From NCBI GenBank assembly GCA_047495785.1, contig JBLDXI010000009.1, positions 3,286,001 to 3,350,000 of the forward strand: a DNA stretch of 64,000 nucleotides, written 5' to 3'. The stretch's first letter is position 1; every line of letters starts with the position of its first letter. Position numbers and translations under genes: made by a program. This stretch comes from Lepidodermella squamata (taxonomy: Eukaryota; Animalia; Gastrotricha). Shown here one piece after another: positions 11,763 to 24,373 of this stretch. The notes under the pieces were generated by a model. It did not search any database, had not been told where the DNA came from, and saw only the letters and a list, made by a program, of their open reading frames with translations.

Positions 11763-14084
11763 ATGATGACCAGCTACGACGACTGGTATCACTCGAGCAC
11801 AAACAGCCGCGTCGCACCTATGATGTCAATTTTCGAGCGACTTTCGCCGCAAGTCGATGATAGCGACAAATCGACATCGAAACACCGTCAGATTTCGCCG
11901 ATAATGCGATGTCGATTATCGGCATCTCGCGATTCGCCCTCGTTTTTCGCCGCCCTCTTCATCGCTGCGATTTGCCTCGTCGGCTCGACAAACGCGGCGG
12001 CGTCGTCGAGTAGCCAGCGCGGCGCCGTGTTGAACGGCGGCTGTAAGGCCGTGTCCAAGTGCTGCCGCGGCAAAGACTCGTCCTGCTTCACGACTGGGCC
12101 GCGAATGGTGTCGGCGCGGAAAACCGCCGACCGCAAGTGCTACTGCGATGAAACTTGCCGGTTGACGCGCGACTGCTGCGCCGACTACCAGGACTACTGC
12201 ACTCGTAAATTTTCGATTGAAATTCCCGATTTTTGTGTATATTTTTGAATTTATTTATTAGGTCGCGACTGCGTCGTGTCCGACTGGGGCAGCTGGGGTG
12301 CTTGTTCCCACGAATGTGGTGTTGGTGTTTCCGAACGTGAAAGACGTGAGTTTCTGAGTTTTTCTTGAAATATTGGAAATATTCAAATATTACTGTAAAA
12401 TTTGGGCTTGGTTGATGATGCAATTTCGGGGTGGCAATTTGAGATGCAATAAATATACTATAAAGTATAAATTCAAGTCGAAATTCAATTTTTTATATAC
12501 ATCGTAATTTTCCATTATGAATTGCTAATTTTGCGAAATTTCAAGTGGCTTTGAATAGAAATTTATCGGTTTTTTTCAGACCTTGGAACCACGTAAAATT
12601 ACCCGTAATAAATTGAGGTTACTAAAAACAGCAGGGCTTCTCAAATAGGTTCGCGACTTTCGAATGGGTCGCGAGAGTCGCCTGATAAAACAAAAAAATT
12701 GCGGAGAATTAGTTAATCACAGGTCACTCTTCCAGAAAAATCCAGAAAAATTCAAAAAATTCAAAAATACGAGTCAACTCGCGTCCTAAGGTATTTGACT
12801 GCAAAATGCGGCTAAGAGCTCTTAGTTCAAGTGTATAGAAATTATTTCCAAAATTCCTGAAAATTTATGACTGGGACGCAGAATTTTGGAATCTGGGACA
12901 TCTTTTTATACGCTGTTAAATATTACAAATTTGGTAGGATTTGCAGGATATTATTTTTTGCACTTTGGCCGTAAAATCACCGAACATATCCAGCTGAGAT
13001 TCGGTTCTACTATCGATTTCATTTTTAATCTCGAAAGAAATTTCGCCTTTAATTAACTTTACCAATGAGCGTCGTCTTGGGTCTTTTCGACGAAACTTGG
13101 GACTACCGATCTAGATGATGAATGAGAGAAATTTGGTTTTAGCCTCGGTAGAAATTGCTTTTAATTCAATTATTGAAAAAATAAAACCTGTATTAATTTA
13201 TCTTAATTATTTTTAGAAATCGTCTCTGATGCTACAAACGGAGGCCAAGCCTGCCCGCCGCTGAAGCAAAAACGAGTCTGCATAGGTGCAACGTGCATCG
13301 CTCAACGTTCAATCCTCAGCAAAACCTACAAAGGTGAGTAACAAATAATTCGATCTATCCTATCTTCCCTAGATCCAATTGCATGAAGATTCGCCAAAAA
13401 AAATTAACATGCGATTTTTCTTCATTTGAATTAATCCAGGAAGAAACAGTCTTGTCAGCGAATCTGGTAAATTAATTCGCTAATGAATGCATTAAAGCTT
13501 TGCGTTACTACTAAAACAATTTAACCTGTCTATTATCTACTAGATTTTTTTTTAAATTCCAGCTTAAAACCTTGCATTTTTTGTGTTTATTTTTTTACTC
13601 GATTCAATTGTTGTCGTCGTTACCCGCGTTTTTCATTTGCTTTTTGCTAATTTTTTCCTCGATTTCAGAAACTGCCAAGGTTCTACCGGCCGCGTTTGGT
13701 TCATGGCGCCGGCACAAGTTGTACGACGCGCGCCAGGACATTCGTCGCAATCTCTACGCCAACGAAATGGACAAGCCTGAGGCGATGGCTGAGCAAAAAC
13801 GCGGCTATTGCGGGCGGTACCGCGTTGTTTCTGTATCACACGGCTGCCAAATCATTCCCTGGGTCATGTCGATGATGCCAGTTGGCGGTGAAGTCTGCGC
13901 CGAGTGCCAGCCCGAGGCCATGAAGACCAATCTAGGCAGCGTTTGCAAGGGCCACGGCGAGGTGGATAAGGCGACTCGATTTACGACCCCGATCAAGAAC
14001 TACTGCTACGGAACGTGGCAATTGCTAGGCGAAATGACAGAAAATTGCTCCTGCTCGCAGAATTCGACTCTCATTTTCGTATGA
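11763..14084 (+). CDS. SBSPON: Somatomedin-B and thrombospondin type-1 domain protein (RPE-spondin homologue); exons ~11763-12204, 12262-12345, 13217-13333, 13669-14084
   Basis: Signal-like FFAALFIAAICLVGSTNA; SMB motif CCRGKDSSC...CYCDETCRLTRDCCADYQDYC; TSP1 DCVVSDWGSWGACSHECGVG...NGGQACPPLKQKRVC; C-terminal ETAKVLP...CAECQPEAM...CKGHG...CYGTW...CSC...LIFV. All junctions GT-AG and in frame. The true start may be a downstream Met. Confidence 0.88.
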
Positions 14085-15581
14085 AAGAACACATGGAAAC
14101 AAATAAAATCGAAAATTCCACCTTGAAAACTCTCAATCACATGTAAATTTTTCTGTGAATATTTCGAGCTGTTTTTCTCCTACTATATAAATATATTTGC
14201 CTCGTTATTATTTGTTCATGCTTCGATGTGGAAAACAAATCAAAATCTCAGCAGTTTTTGTTGCGCGAAATTTTCAACTAACGCTTTCTTCTTGTTATAG
14301 CTTGAGTTTGAAAAATTCAAAATTAATTTATGTATATCTATATACTCATTTTATGTAATTTTTTTATGTACAAAATTACCTCTTCGAGAAACGATCACAA
14401 CGAAACGATTGATGTACATAGCTTTTCTAATAACTTCACTATCATCATCATTTACCTCATTTTTTCGTGTACAAAGTTAGAGAAATTTTACCGAATGTTA
14501 ACAAGTATTATGTCTTGCGAAGGATAGATATATACAAGCGTACTTTATAGTGATCGATGCTATATTATATATATTAAATTTGTTGATATGGAAAATACGA
14601 TGTTGAACCGCGAAAAGATGCGTGTAAAGAACCGAGAACCGTTTCTCAAATTGCAGATTTCGGAATAAAATCGAATTGGTACTTTTTTGCGTTTTGATTC
14701 ATTCATCTGCGGGTGTTCATCTGCGAAATTTTAGGAGGCCACAAGGTTTTGCGATAATCAAGCTGCTTCGAAACGTGATTGAATTTCGAATACTTATCCT
14801 GTATTGAAATTGGATCTTCGCATTAGCCCTACAAATTTAAGGTTCAAGCTCTGATTTTTCACGATTTTTCGCTGTTAAAGCTTGTTTTTTCCTATTAAAT
14901 AACCCCCTCAATTCAATGACTTGTTCCTGAAGACTCAATTGTTGTGAGCGTTCGATCTCGGGCTTGAGCTCTTCATAAATAAATAAATAAATGACCTGTT
15001 CAATGACCCTCTTCGCTACCTTATTATCCGAGGCAACGTAGAATGACTTTTCTCGTCTCTCTCGTCTCTCTCTCTCTCTCTTCTATATTTTTCCAATAGG
15101 CAGCCAATATTCACCCATTATTAAAATCAATACTCCTGAAAATTGGAAATCAATAGCAACCTTGAATGGTGAAGAATAACTCGTTAAATGACCGCCGATA
15201 GCCAAAATAGAGGAAAAATGAAATTTGAGATCTTTCGGCGAAGCTTAAGATTAAGATTCCAAGGAAGACATGGAACTTGAAAACCATATTTTGGGGGATC
15301 TAATATAGTGCCCTCTATAATGCTGGTGATCTTAGGTTGCGTGCACTTGGAACACCCTTTAGAAATATTAAAAATAAATATATTGTTTTTTGAAGTTTCA
15401 TTCAATAATAGCAAAGTTTACTCAAATGGTGAAATTTTATTCACAAAATTCGTTTTGTTAGTTTCACTAAATCAGTGAGGAGAAGAAAATGAAAATAATG
15501 AACGAAGAGAAATTTTTTTGAAATGCGTGTAACCATTTGAATACCATCAGGAAAGCAGCAGAAATGAAAACAGTTGTTGAA

Positions 15582-18500
15582 TTAGGTTTTTGGAGCAGCA
15601 GCTGCTTCGGTTGTAGTCGGGTTCGGGTCAGGTTTAGGCCGTTGTCGCCCGCCATGCTGCCCATCCGCAGACGCTTCGTGGGCGGATTTCGCTATCAGCG
15701 ACCTGTCGGCGGATTTGCGCGCCGACGGCGGGTAAAGGCCGTAGTAGGACGGGTAGCAGGTGTCGCGGTCGATCGGCTGATGCGTGGCGTCGTAGTTGAG
15801 CACAAACTGGCGGCGCATTTCGACGCGCTCGCGCGTTGGTATGGCGCTAACCTTGCGTTCAATCGATTTCGAAGCTGCACTTTTTCTAGAATAAATAATG
15901 GGAAAAAATTATCGACCGCAAAAATCACATATTTTATGCAGCCTAATTTTTTTGGATAAGCGGCGAAAACGAAATAAAAATGGTTTCCAGCATAGGATTT
16001 ATGCAAATCTTCCAAAATTATCTTCCAAAATTAGGTCAATTTTTCTAAAATTGAAAGTTAGCTCAAACCTTTTGTAGATCCACACGACCGTTCCAGTCAC
16101 GCCACCTATGATGACAATTGCGATCCCAGCTCCGAATAATGCTGCTCCCCATACCGGGAATCCGTTATCAAAGTCGAGAAACTGAAATAGAAAATCATTA
16201 GTAAATCGCGATGTTGATTATTCATCTAAATTTATGAGCCCCCTTAATCGAGTTTTTCTGTAAAAAATCCCTTATTTTAAAAGTAAATAAATTACAGCTG
16301 GGGTCGTTCGGATTGTTGCAGTAATTGGATCAGCTCTATTTGTTGACGTGGCTTGATTCGAGTCAACCACAGCCGCACTCCCGCCAGTCGAACTCGCCGC
16401 GACCTTCGAAACAGATTTCGGCGTGTAACTCGCGTAAGGATCAACCTCTTGGAAAGTTGACGACCATCCAGTAACAAGCGATGGGTCTGTCATCATAGTA
16501 GATAAAGCTGCCTGGTCAACGGCCCCATCACTCGCTGATCTTCTTTTCCGGCGCGATTTTGCAACTCCAGCCGCGCAGCATTGACTCGTCCGATCGCTCT
16601 TAGCCCGGACGAACCACGTGAACACCGAGCCATTGCTGAATTTATTCAGAAAATCTACACCAGTTTCGTTGTTGAAACAGTCCGCGGTAGCGGCGAAAGA
16701 CCCGCTAGCAGTTGTTGGCCAAGTTTTTCCGTCGCAACATTTTTCTTCGTAGAATTTTTTGTCAGACAAACATCTCGAGCTGAGAGCGTCAGCAACTTGG
16801 TCCTTTAGTGAACTTTCACAGGTGTCCTCGAAAATTTCAATTGTTAGGACATTGGACGCAATTTGAACTTGAACTGAGGTTGGAGCCAAAGCGCTGTCAA
16901 CTGAAACGAAAAATTAAATTTTATTCAGAATTCAAGCAAAATTGATTTTTTAGAAAGTTTTATTGCTTTATTATTCAGTCCAATTATTATGCCGAATCTC
17001 GAAAAATTACCTGGGCATGGGGATTGAGCTTTGCATGGAATTTGGATGGTTGAATTCCCCTCACACGTTGCATTCGATGAGCCCAATTTATCGCAGAATC
17101 GCGTTACAGTTCGAACGCCATTATCGCCACAAGTAACGCTGCATTCGCTAGTCGAGTTGACCTTCCAGCCATAACAATTACCAGCTTCATCCTGTTGGTA
17201 ACCATCGGGGCAAAGGCAGGTCTGATAGTCGCCAATAGTTGCGCATTTCGCGAGATGGCCGCACATACACAATGCCCTTCTGTCGCCGGTCGATTTTGAC
17301 GTTCCCGCTGAGCTGGTTACATCTACGTTGAAGCAAGTCGAAGCGACGAAAGGATTTTCGAGGTGCTCGAGGCACTTGCCGCAAAATGACCCAAATTCGC
17401 ATGATGATTGAATCGGCGAAGTTGCGCGGCCCTGATTTCTTGCATTTTTAGTCGTCGCAACAACGTTCGATCGACATGTTTGACCACGAGCGATCGGGGA
17501 CGAGCTTTTAGGACCTAATTAAATTAAATAAATTAATTGGTTTCTATTCAATTAATAATAAAAAATTCATTAAATGATGTACCAAATTTTTAAAAATTTG
17601 TGAAATTTCCTTGAATTTTGAGATTTTTTTGCAAAAATTGATTTATTGACTCACTTTGGACGCATTTTTCGCGGTAAACTATTTCATCCGATTTCCAAGA
17701 ATAGTCGAGAAATTTCTCGAGCTGCTGATTTCCAGGGCAATCGCAAATATTTTTGCTGTTGCAGTAATTAGTGTGGCAATCACTCGCAGTTTTGCAGCTT
17801 CCACCGCGCACTAAAAATTTGGGAAAATAAAAAAAAATATTCCAGGCTAAAAATAATAATTTACCAATTTTCTTGGCACTTGTAACGTTCGATCTACAGT
17901 TTGTTGTATAATCTGTTAGAAATATATTTCATTTATATCGCCATAAAAATTCTGTCAATCCTTACTTTCAGGACGGCAATAGCCCGATTTGCAGGAAGGA
18001 ATTTCAAGCGCAGAAGGAAGAGCTATACAGATGTATCCAGATTCGCAATCAGCATTCCCGTTGGACAAGTCACATAGTACCAATCCATTTCGCTCGCTTG
18101 ATTTCTGCTGCTTCTTCCCGACATTTTCTTGCGCTTTCGCCTGACCAGCCAAGAAGGTATCACTCAAAAATTCATCGCTAGGCATTTTGCAGAGATTTGG
18201 AGCTTTCGTAACTCGAGGAGCATCAGTCGCCCGGCCTGGAACGCCACTGCCTTTGGTTGTATCGATAAGTTGATAAGCCACAACTCCGCTGCTAATTTTG
18301 ACTTGATAAGCCCCGGTTTTGTTTTTGAACACCCCGGTCAAGGTCTCGCTTAGGTAAAACTGGTCTTGACCGGCTTTGAGATCAGACCCATCCCATTTCG
18401 AGTTCAACTGGAGGTTTCCACAGTTGACCATCCTTAAGATAATGAATTTATTGAAGCTAAAAATTCTAAAAATTCAAATTACTAACCCCGATGTAAATTC

Positions 18501-19541
18501 GCCAGTGTAGAGGGAGTATTTCTCCTGATCTTGATTCCATTTAAACCAGAATGTGCCATCAAAGTAGATTTCAGCATTCGATGAGTCATCATCCTGCAGC
18601 CAGCATTTAACAGATTTATCGGATACAACTTGGTGGAAGAAGTAGGAGAATAGGCTTCGTCTCGATTTCGAAATTTTGCCCGACTGATCCGTGGCCAGAT
18701 TGTAGTAGACACCATTCTCGTAATAATACGATTTTACAGAATTTTTCAAATTCTCAAGGGTCGATTTAGGGTTCCAGCAAAAGAAAGATCCGGTAGTAGC
18801 TTCTCGAGAGCCTTTCAGCCTTGCCAAATACCAGCCGTAATTTTCGAAAAATTTCCCACTTTCTTCCACGACTTGCCACGATGCTTGGGTCAAATCGAAT
18901 TTTTGAAGCACAGCTTCATTTAACCAATAAGATTCGCCGAAAATATTGAACATGAAACTGCCATAACAAGGCAGCTGAAGGGCCAAATTTGAACTTCGAA
19001 AAGGTTGATAATCAGCCTCGCCACGGTTGGCTACACATGAGGAAACTTGAGTAGTAGCCCCGTTCCAACAATAACTGGTCTTCGAGTCGGAAAACACGAC
19101 CCCTGAACATTGCGACGACTTGCAGGTCGGGTTTTTATTGTCGTTTTTATCGTCGTCCGCCTTTTTAGTGGCCTCAGCCCTCCGAGTAGTTTCTACAGTT
19201 GTTGTGATTGAAGTTTTGGTCCGAGAATCGTCGCTATTTTCGCTTCCTTTGCCATTGTTGCCTTCATTTTTGTCGCTGGAATCCTGCTTGGCTTTTTGGG
19301 TGGTTGCTTCTTTTTTCGACTCGTCTCGCCCGTTGTTTTTGTTCGAGTCGGATTTTCCATCGGATTTTTTATCGTCTTTTGCATCGTCGTTAACTGCTGT
19401 TGTTATCGCGACTTTAGCTGTTGTAGTCTTCGATGAGTCTATCTTAATGACATCTCGGAATTTCCGATCATCGATATTGATTTCTAGGGCTGAAATCGAA
19501 GCGACGAAAACGACGAGAAGAGCTAGCTGGACGTGGGTCAT
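15582..19541 (-). CDS. R1: type I surface protein (signal, D/K/N low-complexity linker, one degenerate aromatic-rich repeat, Cys modules, EGF, TSP1, SEA-like domain with furin site, TM, tail); multi-exon
   Basis: MTHVQLALLVVFVASISA at 19541; EGF-TSP1 CLCPDGYQQDEAGNCYGW..CSVTCG; SRRKRR; TM exon FPVWGAALFGAGIAIVIIGGVTGTVVWIYKR splices in frame to KSAASK..MRRQFVLNYD (stop 15582). Confidence 0.85.
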
Positions 19542-20015
19542 TTTTGCGATGAAAAATTCCCAATGCTGGTCATTCACAGGCTATGATGGACAATAAATCT
19601 CACGTGTTATTGTTTTGTTTCCTAAAAATCGTGAAAAACAAATTTTTAATTCACAGGAGTGAGTGATGACAGAGGAGGGAAAGCGATAATAAAAATGTTC
19701 AATCGATTGGCGTGCGCAATTTTTTGCCATCGCGCGCTATGACGTGCGACCTGGGCGGGCACATCCCGCTCATTAATTATGCCTGTGTTCAGCTTGCGAG
19801 CAAACACGCGCCGTTTTGTTGTCAGGTGCGCTTTGGAAACACGTTTCGATCGCGGCTGAATACTGAATGCTGAATTTTCGGAACAAAGAAGATGGATACA
19901 CCCAATCAATTTTATTCAAAATAAGCTGCTAAATATACGAGAAAGAGAGGACAAAATTAAAATTAAGGAGGGTTCGAGAAAACATTTTAGATGAGTCATT
20001 TCAAATTCATTAATC

Positions 20016-23000
20016 TTAATTTTCGAGTAGAAGGTTCATTTGTTGATTGCGCATCTGTGAAGCTGCCGTGACCACGACAGCGGCTCTTGGGCCGTTCGAG
20101 GTCGCTAAGCTAGGCTGGACGATCGGATGATTTCCACCAGCGGTTTGGCGCTTCATTTTACTGAGACTTCCCTGCATCCGGCTGGTTGTAAGATGCTGGT
20201 GGTGATGGCTGTACATGCCCTGATTGGTAGGGTAGCCTGGCATGACGGCGTGAGGACTCGGGTTCGACTTTCTCGGCTCATTCATCAGTTTCGCCTCACG
20301 TTCAGCTTTCCTCTTACTAAAAATTATAAAATCAAAATTAGTGAAATAAATCAAGATAAAAGGCAAGATTTACTTGGCTATAAGATAAGCCGCGAGGATT
20401 CCCAATGCAATGACAAGCACAAAAACCCCAACTCCAACACCAATCACCCATAACGGAATCATGCCCTGGGCACCAGCGGCCGAAACTCCCGGGTCATAAA
20501 TTGGCGTTGTAGTAGTCGTCACAGTTGGCAGCGTGATCGCGACAATCGGTTGAACGTTCGGATCCACATTTCGAAAAGCAGTTACAATCTTGTCCAACCT
20601 ATCACGAAAATTGCTAAATTTTCTATATGGCTGATGGCTGATAGAAATTTACGCGTCAGGCTGAGAAATCGCGGCTGCCAGTGTAGCCTGGTCGAAGGTT
20701 CCATCGGAACTTGCCCTTTTCCGGCGCTTCGCAGTTTTCGAATTCGTGCAGCATGAACTTCCATAATTCGCTCGAGTCGTCATGTAAAAGCTGAACATGG
20801 TGCCATTCGTGAATTTGCTGTAAAATTTAACACCACTAGCTGGTATGCAGTTGACATCCTGGGTACGATTCGCCCAGGTATCAGCGTTCGGCCAGCTTCG
20901 ACCCGGGCAGCATTGGGCTTCGTAGAAACTTTTCGAAGCCACGCAGTTTTGAGTTAGTGCCGAAGCAACTGATGTCTTCAGATCATCCTCAAGCGAATTT
21001 TCGAATACATCAACTGTCAGAACTTTCGAGCTCAACCTCAAGAAAACAGCGCTAGGGACTATTGATGGATCAATCGGACAGGGCAAGTTTGTCGGAGAGC
21101 ATGGCTGGTAGGAAGTGGCACCACCGGGGCAGACAGCTTTAGACCCAGGTGCTTTGTCGCAAATTCGAGTGACAGTTTTGCGCCCATTTCCGCACGTCAC
21201 GCTGCAATCGCTAGTTGCTGTAGCGTTCCATCCAAAGCAATCTAGACCGTTCTCTTCAAGGTCATAACCAGCTGGGCACAAGCAAACAGGGGTATCTTCG
21301 TTTATCATTGAACAAGTAGCCATGTAGCCGCATTTGAAGCCTTTCGGACAACTGTAGAGCCGTGAAACATCGACCAGGTTCAAAGCTGTAAGAAAAGCGA
21401 CATTTTCAAATTATCGAAAATGGGCGGAGCTTACGCGTGCACGTTGCGTTCATAAGCGGGCTGTTCCAGACTTCAGGGCACTTCGCGCAGGTCATTCCAA
21501 AGCCGCAATAAAATCGTGGCATGTCAGCCCACATGTCACATTTGTCGCCCAATCCACCAACTGTAGCATTATTCGCTGTAAAATTTCGAAGATTCAGGTT
21601 TATGATTTCACGAAAAGAATCGCGCTTACGTATGCATCTTTCCTTGTAATTGTATTGCGCAGATAGCCAATCGTACTCGATATATCGATATAGCTTTGTG
21701 CAAGGCGAGCATGTGCAGTTGTTGTTGATACAGATTCCGGTCATACAATCCGAGTTGTAGTTGCAAAACTCGCCGTATTCCTGTGGCTCCATCATCGGCG
21801 CTGGTGTAGTTGTGGCCAAAGTCGTTGAAGCAGTCGAGACAGTAGTTCGAGAGGTTGTTGTTGTTGTGGCCGCAGCTTGGGTTACTCTCACAGTGCAAAG
21901 CTGGCTGGCCACAGGAACGCAGTAACCCATTGAGCAGTAGTCACTCGGTAGCAACAGCTGCTTCGAAAACCGGTCACAGACGTAGCCGAACCCGCATGTA
22001 TTCGGGCCTTTCGGGTTGCAAACTGTTCGGTCATTTCGGTACAAATCCATTTGGTCCCGCGTCGAAGCGCAAGATGCTCCTGGAAACACAGTCGCGCCAA
22101 GGCAATTCGGTAGCAACTTGCGGTAGATTATCACCCCGTTGCGTACAGAAGCCCACCATATTCCGCTAACGTTCCGATATAACGAAATACCCGTACCATT
22201 ATCAGCTTGATAGAAACCTCCAGTCGCCAAGGGGTCGTCGCCAATCATGTTATCCAAGTTCACATTAGTTTGGGCAAGTTTTCGATTGGGTGTTTCTGTG
22301 TAGACGCTGCCGTTGAAAAATCGGTATACTGTTGCATTTCCAGATGATCGATTGGTCCATCTCATATTCGACAGAAATTTCGCGCACTCGTGCATTCTAA
22401 AAAATCAGGGAAATGTAATCTTTGGACAAAGTGTTAAACTTTCATACTTCGGGGTGAAGTCTCCAGTGTAAGTAATGAAGTTTCCGTTCGTATAGATAAG
22501 CCATTGAAAACCGTTGAACCACAATTCCATAATAACTTTGTTTACTGCATCGGTGAACCAACAGCAAACCGTACGCTGGCACTCAGGTTCTCGCTGGTCG
22601 ATTAGAAAATAGCTCTTCGTGTAGTACGAATCTCTTGGCTGTCTCAATTCGACAAACCCGATTGAATTAGCAACAGAATCGTACAGGCCGGATCTGAAGC
22701 CAAAAACTGCTGGCGGGTTGTCGGTAGTAGTGCAGTAAAAGGACCCATCGCCCTCGTTAGGTCTGACCCTGGCCAGGTACCAGCTGAATGTCATGCTGTT
22801 GTTAGTAGCTAGCACGAACCCACCAGGTACAGCTCGGTAAATGGAACTACCGCTAAGCCAGTAGCCTGTCGAACCGATTTTGAACCTGTAATCTCCTGCG
22901 CAAATGCCAGGTAACACGGGGCCAACATACGGCGCAAAAACCTCCAAGTAATCGTCGCAATAAGTCATGAAATTATTCGGCGAGAGGCAAATAATCGATA

Positions 23001-24117
23001 GAGTTGAAGGGTGGTACCATGCTGTTCCTGAACACTGCCTTGAATAGCACGCCCGTGGAGGGTAGTATAGCTGGTTGTCGGCATTATTCTTCGCATTAGC
23101 GATATCAACATCACTCAGTGGTACATTTGGACCTGTTAAATTGTACAGCACTAAGCTGCTATTCTCGAAGTAAACCATTTTCAGTCCAGTCGAGGCAGAA
23201 TAGGTGAAAAGAGATCCTTCAATGCCCAGAAATACGGCGCCAACAGCACCTTTATCCAACGCAGCAGTCGTAAGGACTTGGTTGTATTGATATTCATCAA
23301 GTGATTGTTGTTCGTAGCTCGTCGAAGTTTTATTGACTCTTCTCAAGAAAATCGAGCCATTAAGCGCTGCATATAGCGTGCTTCCAACAGCCCAAGAAAT
23401 GTTGGTCATATACAGCTTGAAACAACGTGATATTCCGTCGTTCGCAGGTCCGGTGTAGAGAGTAAAGGCGTTAGTAGCATCGTCCCATACCATGACTTTC
23501 CGCTCGTAGAACAGAAATTCCCGAACTACAGGCGAAGAATTTTCGCTGTCATAGTAGTAATCGGACATCCAACAACAACCAGATGTTCGACAGCCTCGAA
23601 CACTGCTGGTGTTTGCAAATTGAATCACTTGATTTTGGGGAAGTCGTTGCGGAACTCTCATTATGAAGCCATCTCCATCTGTTGCTACGTCGTAGTAGCT
23701 ACCGTTGTAGTAGAATGTTCTAAGTTCTGAGTCGACGAGGCTCGATGAGTAAACCCAACCAGCTCCATCGCCAGGTTTCAACCTGGCAAGATACCAGGGG
23801 ACAGTTGTATTCAAACTCCAAGATGTGCCATACAGCTTGTAACTGTAGTCGAGAATTTTGAACGAGAAGTCGCCGTGTGTCGGGACTTCAGGCGCGAACT
23901 GTGATTTGTATGGCAGCCAGACTAACGTTTCATTTTCGCAAACGAAAAGACGCGTGTCATCTTTCAACCAACAAAACAGAGCTTGATCACCGTAGAAAGC
24001 TTTCGCCCAGTAGACGAAGCCTTTACAAGCTATTACATCACAAACATCCTGTCCATTCGACTGCCCAACTATCGCGGAGAGAACAAGAAGCGCTAAGATT
24101 GCAAAACGAATACCCAT
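20016..24117 (-). CDS. R2: type I surface protein with two aromatic-rich repeats, Cys modules, EGF, TSP1, SEA-like/furin, TM, tail
   Basis: ORFs 22405-24117, 21406-22395, 20649-21383, 20370-20597 and 20016-20366 join by short introns; signal MGIRFAILALLVLSAIVG; KRRKR; TM VIGVGVGVFVLVIALGILAAYLIA. Confidence 0.9.
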
Positions 24118-24373
24118 AGCTGCTTGAGATAAAAATCGAAAAATGCTGAGAATCAGCTCATTTTTCTCCGCGTATCGATCTGCGGGTGGAGGACGGAATT
24201 TTCTCGCACCGGAGCTGGGCTGGCGCCTGTCAATCCAAGCGTGAAAACTTGCTTTCTAGCAACCGGCCTGTTACCTAGGCTGTGTTTGAACGCAAGAAAA
24301 TTTGCAACGGGGGAGCACAAATTTTATTATTTCTCTCAATTAAAAAGAAGAAAAAAAGAAAATCAAAGGGAAA

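Noticed and set aside
12630-12690. CAGGGCTTCTCAAA...GGGTCGCG resembling a hAT MITE end in SBSPON intron 2
   Set aside because: No partner TIR or TSD found; too short to call.
15695-16015. ORF as the R1 cytoplasmic tail
   Set aside because: The splice phase from the TM exon places the tail in the frame that ends at 15582.
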